This document shows positions 24,841-33,063 of a DNA stretch of 33,063 nt, piece by piece. The DNA lies in IMG/VR virus record IMGVR_UViG_3300039306_000019, positions 1 to 33,063 of that record; one strand, given 5' to 3'. Position numbers and translations under genes: made by a program. The DNA is from a virus (Duplodnaviria; Caudoviricetes). The notes below the pieces were generated by a model. It made no database searches. It worked only from the letters and a program-made list of their open reading frames with translations, and was not told the origin of the DNA. Numbering within the stretch: position 1 is the first letter of the stretch; every line of letters starts with the position of its first letter.

Positions 24841-27225
24841 TAAAGTATACACTAAGTGCCGGTTTCCATCCTTATCCTTTGACGATCCATCATCAACTTG
24901 CCAGCGTTTATAGTTTCCGTAGGCGTGAAGCCATTTAGTAAACCGTTGGGCAGTAAGCTTACTGTGTTCGGGGAATTGTGCCAGAAAGGAGGCAAACAGG
25001 ATACGTTTTATATAGTTGGTGCCAGGCTTTAGGCTTTCGTCAGCAAACCTTTTGAAATCCGTGTTGTTGCCAGTTTCCTGTATTAGCTTCCTCTCGTTCA
25101 GATTGACTTGTTTAGGAAAGACAATTCCATCGGTAAGGTATTGCATCGCGCAGGTCATCATGAAGAAATCAAAGATGTTCCATTGTTGGGCGCTCCAGTC
25201 ATCAAAGAACCAGCAACCAAACTCATCTTTAGGGCTATGCTTATCAGAGAAGTAGTTTGCAAACTCAAACTCAATCACTCGAGCCCGGGCTGATCCACCG
25301 CTGATATTCAGGGCCCTATTGGAGGAAATAATAATAGTTGGCTTTATAGTAAAGGTGGGCTGCCCTTTCTTTTCTACCCGAACCCCTTCGGTCACGGCGG
25401 TAAACATCATTTCGAAATCAAAGCACTTTTTACCCCTTCCTACATCATTAAGGTGAAGAACCTGAGTGTCCAGGCTAGCATCCTGATAACGGAATCGGTC
25501 TGCAGGATCAAACCCTTTTCCGTCTACCTCTGAATAAACCCGTAGTTTGCCTAAAGCTTTGCCAATGATGGTTTTACCCGTTCTGCCTTCGGGATTGTCC
25601 GTAATCTCAGTATCAGTAAAAACCAGTGCTCTACGTTCTTTCTTATGAGTGTGGAGGGCATAGCCTAACAAACTCACAAAGGCAAACAGCCTCTTTTCAT
25701 CTATCTCCCAACTATTGCCATTTCGGACAGAACAAATCTTTTCAACAAACGTGGTAAACATGAAAGATTCAACCGCATTGGCGTCTGCCGGCTTTATAAA
25801 ATCGCGGGCTAATATTTGGTTTTGCCAGATAAACCCATTCAGATCAGAATACGGCTTTAGGTCTATACCGTCTTTTGTTACCTCTACAAATGCATTCCGG
25901 AAATAGAAGTACATCGCAGTTTCCGTATCCTGGTGGAAGTTGGCTTCTATGCGTCGTAGAGCATTCAGCTTTTCCATGCTGAATAGTCCCGTATAGACAT
26001 TGATTGCGTTTAGGATCGCGTGTTTGATGGACTCGGAAAGAGCTTTCTGAAAGTGTACATAATCGCGTACATACTCCTTTATATCCTTTAAAGAAATCTG
26101 ACTGACAATATTCTCCTTTACCCTTACCAGGATGTATGAGGTAACGTCAAGCTGATACAAGTGAAATCCGTTATTGTGGAGGAACTGAATGAGGTTCTCT
26201 AAATCCAGGGTTACGGTTACCTGTCCGGTGTCTTGGTTAGTATGCTCTACCCAGAATTTGAAGTAATTATTTGGGCTTTCAATAACGGTCTGACTCTCCT
26301 CATCATAGCAGTAAATACGATTGCCATACTTGAAATCGAGCCCTTTTAGTATGTCCGAATGGAGCCTATAAAAACTATTGGCGTTATCGACACCGAACAA
26401 CTCATTTATCTTATTGTGGCTGTTATCCTTCAGGCATAGGATAAGAAAGTAACTGGTCGCATCAGATAGCCGTAGTGCATCGTTTACTATTTCTTCCCGA
26501 TCATTAGGCATTATGACAAACAGATCATCTAAGCCTTTGGCTTTGTTCTCTTCCTTCAGGTAGCCATAATACACATCTACATTAACCCCTTTGCAGGCTT
26601 CTTTATAGTTCTTCACTGCTGATGCAAACAGAAGTGGCCTTTTCCTTAGATCTTTTTCCCGTATCAGCTCATCAGTAAGTGAATCATCATTACTGGTCAT
26701 CTGTAGAGAATCGCTATCGGTGAGGAAAACTAGGTTCTTCACCTGGCAGGCCTCAATGATCTGAAGAATAAATGGGTGAAGTTTTTTAGTTTGCGCAGAG
26801 AGGCTTTGATGAATACCCGCAATCCCTATACAGTCCAGCCCATTCCTGCAGGCAGCAAAAGCTTTAAATTCTCCCTCAGTAATAACCAATGTTTCAATGC
26901 CTAAACCCAGACGGACCTTTTCAACGATTTGGGGAGGAATGAAAGGGTAAGATTCGGCTCCCTTAGGAGTGTGATACTTATTATTCTTTTGAGGAACCTT
27001 CCAGCGGGTACGGATATAAGGTTTTGTAGCTCTGCCATTGTAATAAGTCACCTGGTTGCCTTCCGGGTCCAGGTAAAGGATCGAAATATTGTCATGGTCG
27101 TCACTTGAAAAAAGCAGACCTTCCTTTATTTCAGCTTTATAAGTATACTTCACAGTATTCATTTCTGGCGTAATACTTAATTCGCTTAATCGTTTTTGGC
27201 AAAAGGATATAGTGTGCTCAATCAT
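24826..27225 (-). CDS. TOPRIM (DUF3854-like) primase fused to a P-loop helicase
   Basis: LVITEGEFKA, FLTDSD and KGLDD TOPRIM motifs; Walker A EGRTGKT. Confidence 0.85.
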   Translation of the reverse strand: MIEHTISFCQKRLSELSITPEMNTVKYTYKAEIKEGLLFSSDDHDNISILYLDPEGNQVTYYNGRATKPYIRTRWKVPQKNNKYHTPKGAESYPFIPPQIVEKVRLGLGIETLVITEGEFKAFAACRNGLDCIGIAGIHQSLSAQTKKLHPFILQIIEACQVKNLVFLTDSDSLQMTSNDDSLTDELIREKDLRKRPLLFASAVKNYKEACKGVNVDVYYGYLKEENKAKGLDDLFVIMPNDREEIVNDALRLSDATSYFLILCLKDNSHNKINELFGVDNANSFYRLHSDILKGLDFKYGNRIYCYDEESQTVIESPNNYFKFWVEHTNQDTGQVTVTLDLENLIQFLHNNGFHLYQLDVTSYILVRVKENIVSQISLKDIKEYVRDYVHFQKALSESIKHAILNAINVYTGLFSMEKLNALRRIEANFHQDTETAMYFYFRNAFVEVTKDGIDLKPYSDLNGFIWQNQILARDFIKPADANAVESFMFTTFVEKICSVRNGNSWEIDEKRLFAFVSLLGYALHTHKKERRALVFTDTEITDNPEGRTGKTIIGKALGKLRVYSEVDGKGFDPADRFRYQDASLDTQVLHLNDVGRGKKCFDFEMMFTAVTEGVRVEKKGQPTFTIKPTIIISSNRALNISGGSARARVIEFEFANYFSDKHSPKDEFGCWFFDDWSAQQWNIFDFFMMTCAMQYLTDGIVFPKQVNLNERKLIQETGNNTDFKRFADESLKPGTNYIKRILFASFLAQFPEHSKLTAQRFTKWLHAYGNYKRWQVDDGSSKDKDGNRHLVYTLHGKV

Positions 27226-27536
27226 GGTGTTAAGCCCTTCCTGATAAGTTTAGAAAAGAGGGATCTTGACCGTTTTGGCGGGGTAATTACTGAAGGCTCC
27301 TCCTGTTTGATTGGATAAGAGGACTGATTGATTTCAGTGTCTATGACAAAGCAATATGTGCCAGGTATCTCTTCTATAAGTATTCCCGCGCGGCAAGCAT
27401 CAGAAAAGAGCATCCCTGGTGCATTAGTGGCCTTTGTTCGTTCAAAGTAGTAAAGCCATTCTTCACGGGTACCGTAGGTCCCTGGCTCGGCTATTATCGA
27501 CAACAGATCGATGAGGCTATCTGCACTTACTTGCAT
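27222..27536 (-). CDS. Hypothetical protein
   Basis: ATG at 27536 preferred, since the longer version overlaps the conserved 77-aa gene. Confidence 0.55.
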   Translation of the reverse strand: MQVSADSLIDLLSIIAEPGTYGTREEWLYYFERTKATNAPGMLFSDACRAGILIEEIPGTYCFVIDTEINQSSYPIKQEEPSVITPPKRSRSLFSKLIRKGLTP

Positions 27537-27750
27537 CGTCGCCTCCTCTCTGCCGGTATTCTTCAACAATCTGTTGAAACTGATCTTGATTAATCTTGAA
27601 CTTACTAGCAAGATTGCGCAGTCCTTTTTCGGAGAAATCGGACGTCATATTTCCCAGTGCTAAGCCGTCCAGGAATTTGAAAATCCGTTGCTTTTTGGTA
27701 TCTTGCTCTTGCCTTTTTGAGCCAATACCATTATTTGAGCCGTCTTTCAT
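27517..27750 (-). CDS. Small conserved protein, paralog of 2816-3034
   Basis: KQRIFKFLDGL motif; same position after xis. Confidence 0.8.
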   Translation of the reverse strand: MKDGSNNGIGSKRQEQDTKKQRIFKFLDGLALGNMTSDFSEKGLRNLASKFKINQDQFQQIVEEYRQRGGDDASKCR

Positions 27751-27759
27751 ATTCGTATG

Positions 27760-28098
27760 TTAGATGGCTTTTTGTTTACGGCCTAGGAATGAATCTCTTT
27801 CGGCATCAACCTCCTGATCAGTCAGGCGTTTTCCGGATTCGATCCAGTCCAGAAGTTCGGTGCGGGAGAAGTAGAGACGTTTGCCATTGGCGTTTTTCCG
27901 GTGTGGGATGCGGCGAGCGCTTACCAATTGGTAGATAGTTTGCCTAGCAAGGCCGGTAATTTCTTCGGCCAGCGCGATAGTACCTATCTCTGGAAGCTGC
28001 GGGAGAGGAGAAGGTGAGTGGTTGCCGTGCTTGATATCTAGAAGTAAGGCCTCAATACTGTCTAGTCGAGCAGCCAGCAAATCGAATGGATTACTCAT
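27760..28098 (-). CDS. Excisionase-like HTH DNA-binding protein
   Basis: AEEITGLARQTIYQLVSARRIPHRK..GKRLYFSRTELLDWIESG. Confidence 0.88.
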   Translation of the reverse strand: MSNPFDLLAARLDSIEALLLDIKHGNHSPSPLPQLPEIGTIALAEEITGLARQTIYQLVSARRIPHRKNANGKRLYFSRTELLDWIESGKRLTDQEVDAERDSFLGRKQKAI

Positions 28099-28153
28099 GT
28101 GGCGTGTGTTTTAGTACGCCACAAAAGAATAATTAATGAATCAGCGTAACCGG

Positions 28154-29131
28154 TTACACCCGGTTACTTTTTTTGTTTTTTGTTACTTTTTTTGATGGAT
28201 ACTCTGCCTCATAATCATTTAGAAACGAATTATATTCGTCTGTCGCTCGGGCCAGCGCTTTAGGGTGGGAGTTTAGTAATTCAATGACTCTTTCTAATCT
28301 TTGTTTGTGTTTTGTGTCTGCCGGCTTGCTCTGGCGAAGCCCTTTTCTTTCAGATACATTCTTATTATATTTATTATAATCTTGATATAGAGCCTGCCCA
28401 CTACATTTAGATCCAAATCCGTATCTATCTGCAACTTCATCCATGTTGGATCTATCTATATGGGCACCTTTATCGAACATTGACAAGTAGCAATGCATCA
28501 AGGCAAAATCCTCAGACTTAAATTTTTGAACTGGTATAGTCTGACTTTCTTGTATTTGGGTTTTTCCCCTTCCAAACGACAATGACCTGATTTTCAACTC
28601 TGATTCAAGATTATAATATGTAATCCATTGCTCAAGATCTTTAAGAGTAGCTGCAGCCTCTGCTTCTATGTTATACCAGATAACTAATCGTTCAACTAGT
28701 CTCTTCCTTTTATTGAGATATGTTATTTTTTGTTCAAAGTCGTTTATGGATTCTACTTCGTCCAAACACCATTTTTTTATCAATAGAAAATACTCTTGTA
28801 CAGATATAGTCTTTGTGACTATTCTTCGGGCTTTTGCTGCTTTCCGGATATTGATGTAGTTCCAGTATTGATCATCTGAAAGTTTCTTTATCCTGGCAAA
28901 CCTGGTTATTGATGGCATTTTCCATCCATTTGTATTTGGAAGGCACTGAAGGAGGCAGAAGCTAGTTTTTGATGGCATCTTTACAAATTGTTGATATTGC
29001 CTAACCAGGAATGCTTGATACTTAACCATGTCGAACCTTGGAGAGGTAGTGACAACAAAGAACCTGGTACCGTTGCGGTCGATGCATTGAGCAATGCCGT
29101 GCCTTCCAGCAATTATTTCAGCAGCTTTCAT
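28154..29131 (-). CDS. Hypothetical protein upstream of xis
   Basis: AT-rich 325-aa ORF in the position equivalent to 1269-2378; start uncertain. Confidence 0.6.
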   Translation of the reverse strand: MKAAEIIAGRHGIAQCIDRNGTRFFVVTTSPRFDMVKYQAFLVRQYQQFVKMPSKTSFCLLQCLPNTNGWKMPSITRFARIKKLSDDQYWNYINIRKAAKARRIVTKTISVQEYFLLIKKWCLDEVESINDFEQKITYLNKRKRLVERLVIWYNIEAEAAATLKDLEQWITYYNLESELKIRSLSFGRGKTQIQESQTIPVQKFKSEDFALMHCYLSMFDKGAHIDRSNMDEVADRYGFGSKCSGQALYQDYNKYNKNVSERKGLRQSKPADTKHKQRLERVIELLNSHPKALARATDEYNSFLNDYEAEYPSKKVTKNKKSNRV

Positions 29132-29135
29132 ATTT

Positions 29136-29390
29136 TCATATCCTTATTTGTTCCAAGTAAGCCTCTAACCGCTTCGGAGTTCTGAAGCTGACTACTGAGT
29201 CTACTGAATTGTCCCGGGTATTATACCATAGCTCCACAAAGAATTCCTCCCTGAATAGTCTAGCCTTGCAGTAATAGAGTGCGGCCGTATGGCTGTCGTC
29301 ATCTGCTTGCTGCATCAAAAACAAGCAGTGTTCCCAAACGAATACAATCTTATCATCCTTTGAAAGCTTATTGAATTCGTAGAGGGTCAT
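29136..29390 (-). CDS. Small hypothetical protein
   Basis: MTLYEFNKL...W N-terminus resembling a common Bacteroidota small-protein type. Confidence 0.65.
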   Translation of the reverse strand: MTLYEFNKLSKDDKIVFVWEHCLFLMQQADDDSHTAALYYCKARLFREEFFVELWYNTRDNSVDSVVSFRTPKRLEAYLEQIRI

Positions 29391-29393
29391 ACA

Positions 29394-29732
29394 TTACTGA
29401 TGCTTTGCTATTCCTTCCTGAACTGGCTGAGTAACTTCCTCCTCTTCAACCGGCATTGGCTTAAGGCTAGTCGTGTCTTTTCTTAATGCGCAGTACTTGC
29501 AGTTGCCTTTATGGGTGAGTTGGTAGCCATCATTCATTTGAGAAGCTATATATTCACAGCTGTCCAGAACTACCACCCCAAAATTGGGCGCATCAATCCA
29601 GCGTATCTGACCTTCTTCAAATGGATTAGGCCAAGGCTTTTCAGCAGTCCGTTCCATTATGCCCGTCTCATTTTTTGGCTGACTGCAGGCATACCCACCT
29701 AACAATAGACAAAATAGTAGTGCTTTCTTCAT
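29394..29732 (-). CDS. Putative lipoprotein
   Basis: MKK + hydrophobic stretch + GYAC lipobox; DSCEYI...HKGNCKYC Cys/His motif. Confidence 0.68.
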   Translation of the reverse strand: MKKALLFCLLLGGYACSQPKNETGIMERTAEKPWPNPFEEGQIRWIDAPNFGVVVLDSCEYIASQMNDGYQLTHKGNCKYCALRKDTTSLKPMPVEEEEVTQPVQEGIAKHQ

Positions 29733-29746
29733 AAGCGAACCGGATG

Positions 29747-30043
29747 TTAATTAGATGACAATGCCTTAATGTAATCTAAGATAGCTTTGAATTCTTGTAG
29801 CTTAGATTGATTGATTGAAAGGTGCACTTCTCTCCCTTGCTTTACACTCTCTAGTAACTCTGCATTAACTAACTGTTTGACGTGGAAGGAAACGGCGGGG
29901 TAAGACAGTTTACTGAGTTGTTGAACCTCTGACATATTCAGACTGCCGCGGTCAATAATTTCCCGAAAAATCCGTAAACGAGTGCGATCACCAAACGCCT
30001 TAGCAGCTTGGGCAATGAAATTAAAGTTATCTGTGGTGTCCAT
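29747..30043 (-). CDS. ArsR/SmtB family regulator
   Basis: AKAFGDRTRLRI...LSYPAVSFHVKQL...KQGRE; ATG at 30043 preferred. Confidence 0.88.
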   Translation of the reverse strand: MDTTDNFNFIAQAAKAFGDRTRLRIFREIIDRGSLNMSEVQQLSKLSYPAVSFHVKQLVNAELLESVKQGREVHLSINQSKLQEFKAILDYIKALSSN

Positions 30044-30096
30044 ATTAATTAGTTTCAACTTTTAGTTTGTGCGCCCTACTAAGATAGTTTTACTAA

Positions 30097-30261
30097 TTAT
30101 GACACGTTCGAACTCTTTTTAACTACGCTATCCTCTATTACCTCCGCTGCAATCACAGCAATAGGCACCTTGGCCTTTAGTTCCTTCTTCTTGGTTTCCT
30201 GAATCTTAACTAGCTCTTCGTGAGCCTCATCTGACACTTCGATAGTGATTTTCTTTGTCAT
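30097..30261 (-). CDS. 54-aa ribbon-helix-helix-like regulator (absent from the ORF track)
   Basis: Manual translation MTKKITIEVSDEAHEELVKIQETKKKELKAKVPIAVIAAEVIEDSVVKKSSNVS; alternating beta strand then two helices; divergent position like the HTH at 13300. Confidence 0.7.
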   Translation of the reverse strand: MTKKITIEVSDEAHEELVKIQETKKKELKAKVPIAVIAAEVIEDSVVKKSSNVS

Positions 30262-30272
30262 AATATATTTTG

Positions 30273-30343
30273 TTGTAAAATTAATTGTAAAATCTATTGC
30301 AGATATAAATTATGTTCGTAAATTTACAACAGAATTTACAACA
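30273..30343. promoter_or_regulatory. Divergent promoter with TTGTAAA boxes
   Basis: TTGTAAAAT at 30273 and 30285; AATTTACAACA at 30321 and 30333. Confidence 0.68.
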
Positions 30344-30358
30344 AAACAAAATAAACTT

Positions 30359-30823
30359 ATGCAAACTCAAGAAGTATTTACCCGTCCCTACACTGAATCA
30401 GCAGTATTCACCCGCACCGTTTCCAACCTCTACAAGTTGGCTACCTCCTTATCTGAAGATCCGGCACAATCATTATTAATGTTCAACTATGAGTTGCAGA
30501 TGCAGCACTTCATGATTGCACATTATTCAAACAGCCAGATAGGGGCCAATACTTCAAGAAAAATGGTTGACTGTATTCTTTATACAATCGCCATGGTAAT
30601 GCAGGAAACTCATCCGATTGCGAAAGTTAACCGCTCCATAATGGATTGTCTTACAGAAGCCTGTACACGGGTATCTGATGGCTATATTGAAGGGTTTGAA
30701 GATGAAGAATTTGCTAGGGAAATCAGGCAGGGAGCGGACCTGGCTAAGTCAATGCACGATAAGGGAAACACCATAGAGCAAACTATATTTCTGACCGAAT
30801 TCCTGTTCTGTTTTCGGGCATAG
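30359..30823 (+). CDS. Hypothetical protein
   Basis: ATG at 30359 (MQTQEVF) downstream of the operator boxes. Confidence 0.65.
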   Translation: MQTQEVFTRPYTESAVFTRTVSNLYKLATSLSEDPAQSLLMFNYELQMQHFMIAHYSNSQIGANTSRKMVDCILYTIAMVMQETHPIAKVNRSIMDCLTEACTRVSDGYIEGFEDEEFAREIRQGADLAKSMHDKGNTIEQTIFLTEFLFCFRA

Positions 30824-30830
30824 TTTTTCA

Positions 30831-30987
30831 ACCTGACATACCGATTCGTGAGGTCAGGTCTGAATATTACTTCAGCCAGCCTCCCGCTGGAGCTGGCGTA
30901 ACCTTTCGTTACGCCAGCCTGACACGAATACTTTTCGTGTCAGGTCAAAAAATCAGCCGATCTATGTACGCAAAATTGCGTCGACCT
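30831..30987 (+). repeat. Palindrome array of element 2
   Basis: Three 27-bp palindromes (30832, 30892, 30918), two short hairpins, then two 16-bp units (30943, 30967). Confidence 0.82.
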
Positions 30988-31026
30988 ACAGTATTTTAAT
31001 TCATTCACTTAATCCTTTCCCACAAA

Positions 31027-31329
31027 ATGAAATTCACCAGATCAAATTTTAAAGCCCTTCACAGGACAGTGAAGGCACAACAGAAAAGGCATCGTTTGCT
31101 ACTCAAAGAACAATGGCAAGAGCAAGCCGACTTCAAAAAGAAGTACGACGCATTGCTGGAAGAATACTTTCAAGTTATGCGCGATAGAATAGAGTTTATG
31201 GAGGAAATAGCGGAGCAAAAGGTGGCTGAAATAGACCTCTATATTGATCGGGAAAAGACAAACAGAGAATACCTCAGCCGGGAAGGCCTGCAAGCGAGGT
31301 TTCAACATTGCAAATACCGCCAAAACTAA
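31027..31329 (+). CDS. 100-aa coiled-coil protein (copy B)
   Basis: Paralog of 14443-14745. Confidence 0.85.
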   Translation: MKFTRSNFKALHRTVKAQQKRHRLLLKEQWQEQADFKKKYDALLEEYFQVMRDRIEFMEEIAEQKVAEIDLYIDREKTNREYLSREGLQARFQHCKYRQN

Positions 31330-31353
31330 AACTTCACTCTTATATTTTACTAT

Positions 31354-32658
31354 ATGAAACTTCAATCCAAAACGGTCGTAGTTCTTTTCCGTCTCCGAAA
31401 AAACACCATTTATTGCCGAATCACTGTCAACGGCGAACGTGCAAAGAGTGACTTTTCCGTCAATGAGCGCGTTCGGGCACCGCTCAATAAAAGCCAAATT
31501 CAGGATGGGGAATGGGATGGAAAAAAACAGCAGGTAAAAGGCAATGGTGTAGAAGCCATGCTGATCAATAATAAGTTAGAGCAGATCCGGGCTAAGATCA
31601 AAACACATGCTACCCACTTTATGGCAGAAGGCCGGCACTACACGGCAGACCTGCTTAGAGATATCTTCCTTGGTAAGGCTGAAATCAGTTACTCTCTCAT
31701 TCGCACATCTGAATTGATGTTGGAATATATGAAAAAGCAACCTGAAGATGAGGTAGCTAAGGGTACACTGAGAGGCTACCACACCCGGCATAATAACATG
31801 GTGAAATATTTAAATCATCGCCGCTATACCCGCTTAAAGCCAGACGAGTTTGCCCCTTCCTTTGCCCGGGATTTCCTTCAGTATATGCGACTGGAGCACC
31901 AGCCCAACGCCAGCCAGGTTCACGCGGCCAAATGTTTGGAGTACATCAAAAGAGTAATTCACTTTGCTATCAATGAAGAATGGATACGACATAACCCACT
32001 ACAGGCGTTCGCCATTAAAAAGTGCAATAGCAAGCCTACTCCCCACCTTTCTGAAGAGGACCGTAATAAACTGGAAAGGGCAAAATTCGCCTCTGAAAGG
32101 CTTCACCGGGTAAAGGATATCTTTGTTTTTTGCTGTCATACCGGACTGAGTTTTGCCGATGTAACAAGCTTTAGGGCATCCCAACATTTGACGGTGGTCA
32201 AGGGCCACGTATGGTTGGAAATGCAACGAATGAAGACCGGCGTAAACTTTTATGTTCCTCTATCTGCCGTGGCTCAAGACATCCTAAGCCGCTACGGTGG
32301 GGAGCAACTACCAGTCATTTCTAATCCAAAAATGAATTCCTACCTGAAAGAGATAGCGGACATTTGCGGTATCACGATAAACCTAACAGTACGAGTAGCC
32401 CGGAAAACTTTTGGAATGGTTATGCTCAACGATATGAATCTGGACCTGGAGACTGTGTCCAAAATGTTGGGCCATACCAGCACCGGGATTACTGAAAAGC
32501 ATTACGCCGAAGTGCTTAAGAAAAGGATTGTAAAACGGTTGGTTACTGAAAATGCAGATTTCTACGAGTCTTCCCTTGTTCAGCCTGCAATAGCAATCAA
32601 ACCCGCTCCGATGCTAGGCTTTCAGAGAGTGCGGCCGATAACGCTGCAGTTAGAGTAA
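31354..32658 (+). CDS. Second tyrosine recombinase (copy B)
   Basis: About 47 of 434 residues differ from copy A by manual count; TGLSFAD, TVRVARKTFG, LGH...HY. Confidence 0.9.
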   Translation: MKLQSKTVVVLFRLRKNTIYCRITVNGERAKSDFSVNERVRAPLNKSQIQDGEWDGKKQQVKGNGVEAMLINNKLEQIRAKIKTHATHFMAEGRHYTADLLRDIFLGKAEISYSLIRTSELMLEYMKKQPEDEVAKGTLRGYHTRHNNMVKYLNHRRYTRLKPDEFAPSFARDFLQYMRLEHQPNASQVHAAKCLEYIKRVIHFAINEEWIRHNPLQAFAIKKCNSKPTPHLSEEDRNKLERAKFASERLHRVKDIFVFCCHTGLSFADVTSFRASQHLTVVKGHVWLEMQRMKTGVNFYVPLSAVAQDILSRYGGEQLPVISNPKMNSYLKEIADICGITINLTVRVARKTFGMVMLNDMNLDLETVSKMLGHTSTGITEKHYAEVLKKRIVKRLVTENADFYESSLVQPAIAIKPAPMLGFQRVRPITLQLE

Positions 32659-32814
32659 GGCTTTATACAAATGATATTCCCCGCCGGCCACTAATTCGAC
32701 TATATTTGTTAGAATGCTTGCCAGCTCTTTTCTGGCTATTATCAACTAACTTGCTATTGGCGGGGAATTAATTAATGAACTTTTAGAAGAAATATTAAAT
32801 CAATAGCAACATTT

Positions 32815-33063
32815 ATGACGATGGCAACTATCACAATCACTAATACAAACCCGACCCTTAGCAATCTCCGTGAAATTTTAAGCAGAATTGTTGATCAATA
32901 CCGCTTAGTCTGGAATGTTGAGAAAACCGCTATTGTCGGTAATGGGATGAGTGCCAGTATTGACTTCGAAGGTGAAAAGCCAGTGTCGGTTACCATAAAG
33001 TCTACTATTTACACACCTGAGATACTTGAGGAAGTTGCTAAAAAAGTGAGGGGTAATGGTTAA
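32815..33063 (+). CDS. Small hypothetical protein
   Basis: 82-aa ORF; TATATTTG box upstream at 32701-32708. Confidence 0.55.
   Translation: MTMATITITNTNPTLSNLREILSRIVDQYRLVWNVEKTAIVGNGMSASIDFEGEKPVSVTIKSTIYTPEILEEVAKKVRGNG

Larger units (their letters stand above)
16205..33063. mobile_element. Integrative phage-satellite-like element 2; right end outside the window
   Basis: int next to the att fragment; minus-strand xis-primase-ori-terS-tail-like operon; same terminal recombinase module as element 1. Confidence 0.68.

Noticed and set aside
24520-24938. Plus-strand ORFs over the element 2 ori
   Set aside because: They are translations of iteron repeats with non-ATG starts.
14363-32658. Assembly artefact or very recent duplication of the recombinase module
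   Set aside because: The copies differ by many synonymous changes and about 47 amino acids.
1-33063. Complete prophage
   Set aside because: No recognisable capsid, portal, large terminase, major tail or lysis genes; two small parallel elements fit better.

Overview
Accessory region of a Bacteroidota genome (TAnnTTTG promoter boxes, Bacteroidota-type tyrosine integrases) holding two related phage-satellite-like integrative elements in tandem. They are separated by a 3' fragment of tRNA-Ile2(CAT) at 16161-16204 (minus strand), the likely att junction; both outer ends lie outside the window. Each element has an integrase, an excisionase-like HTH, a primase/helicase followed by an iteron-type ori, a small terminase with two small motif-sharing genes, and only one or two virion-type genes (prohead protease plus tape measure in element 1; a tail-like protein in element 2). 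No capsid, portal or large terminase gene is recognisable. Both elements also carry a conserved module not explained by standard satellite biology: divergent small regulator, variable genes, an array of short palindromes with variable covarying arms, a 100-aa coiled-coil gene and a second, atypical 434-aa tyrosine recombinase (about 89% identical between copies by manual count). A satellite copy of the palindrome array at 12759-12830 abuts an inverted near-copy of the att core. All family calls come from motif recognition by eye; no database search was run.
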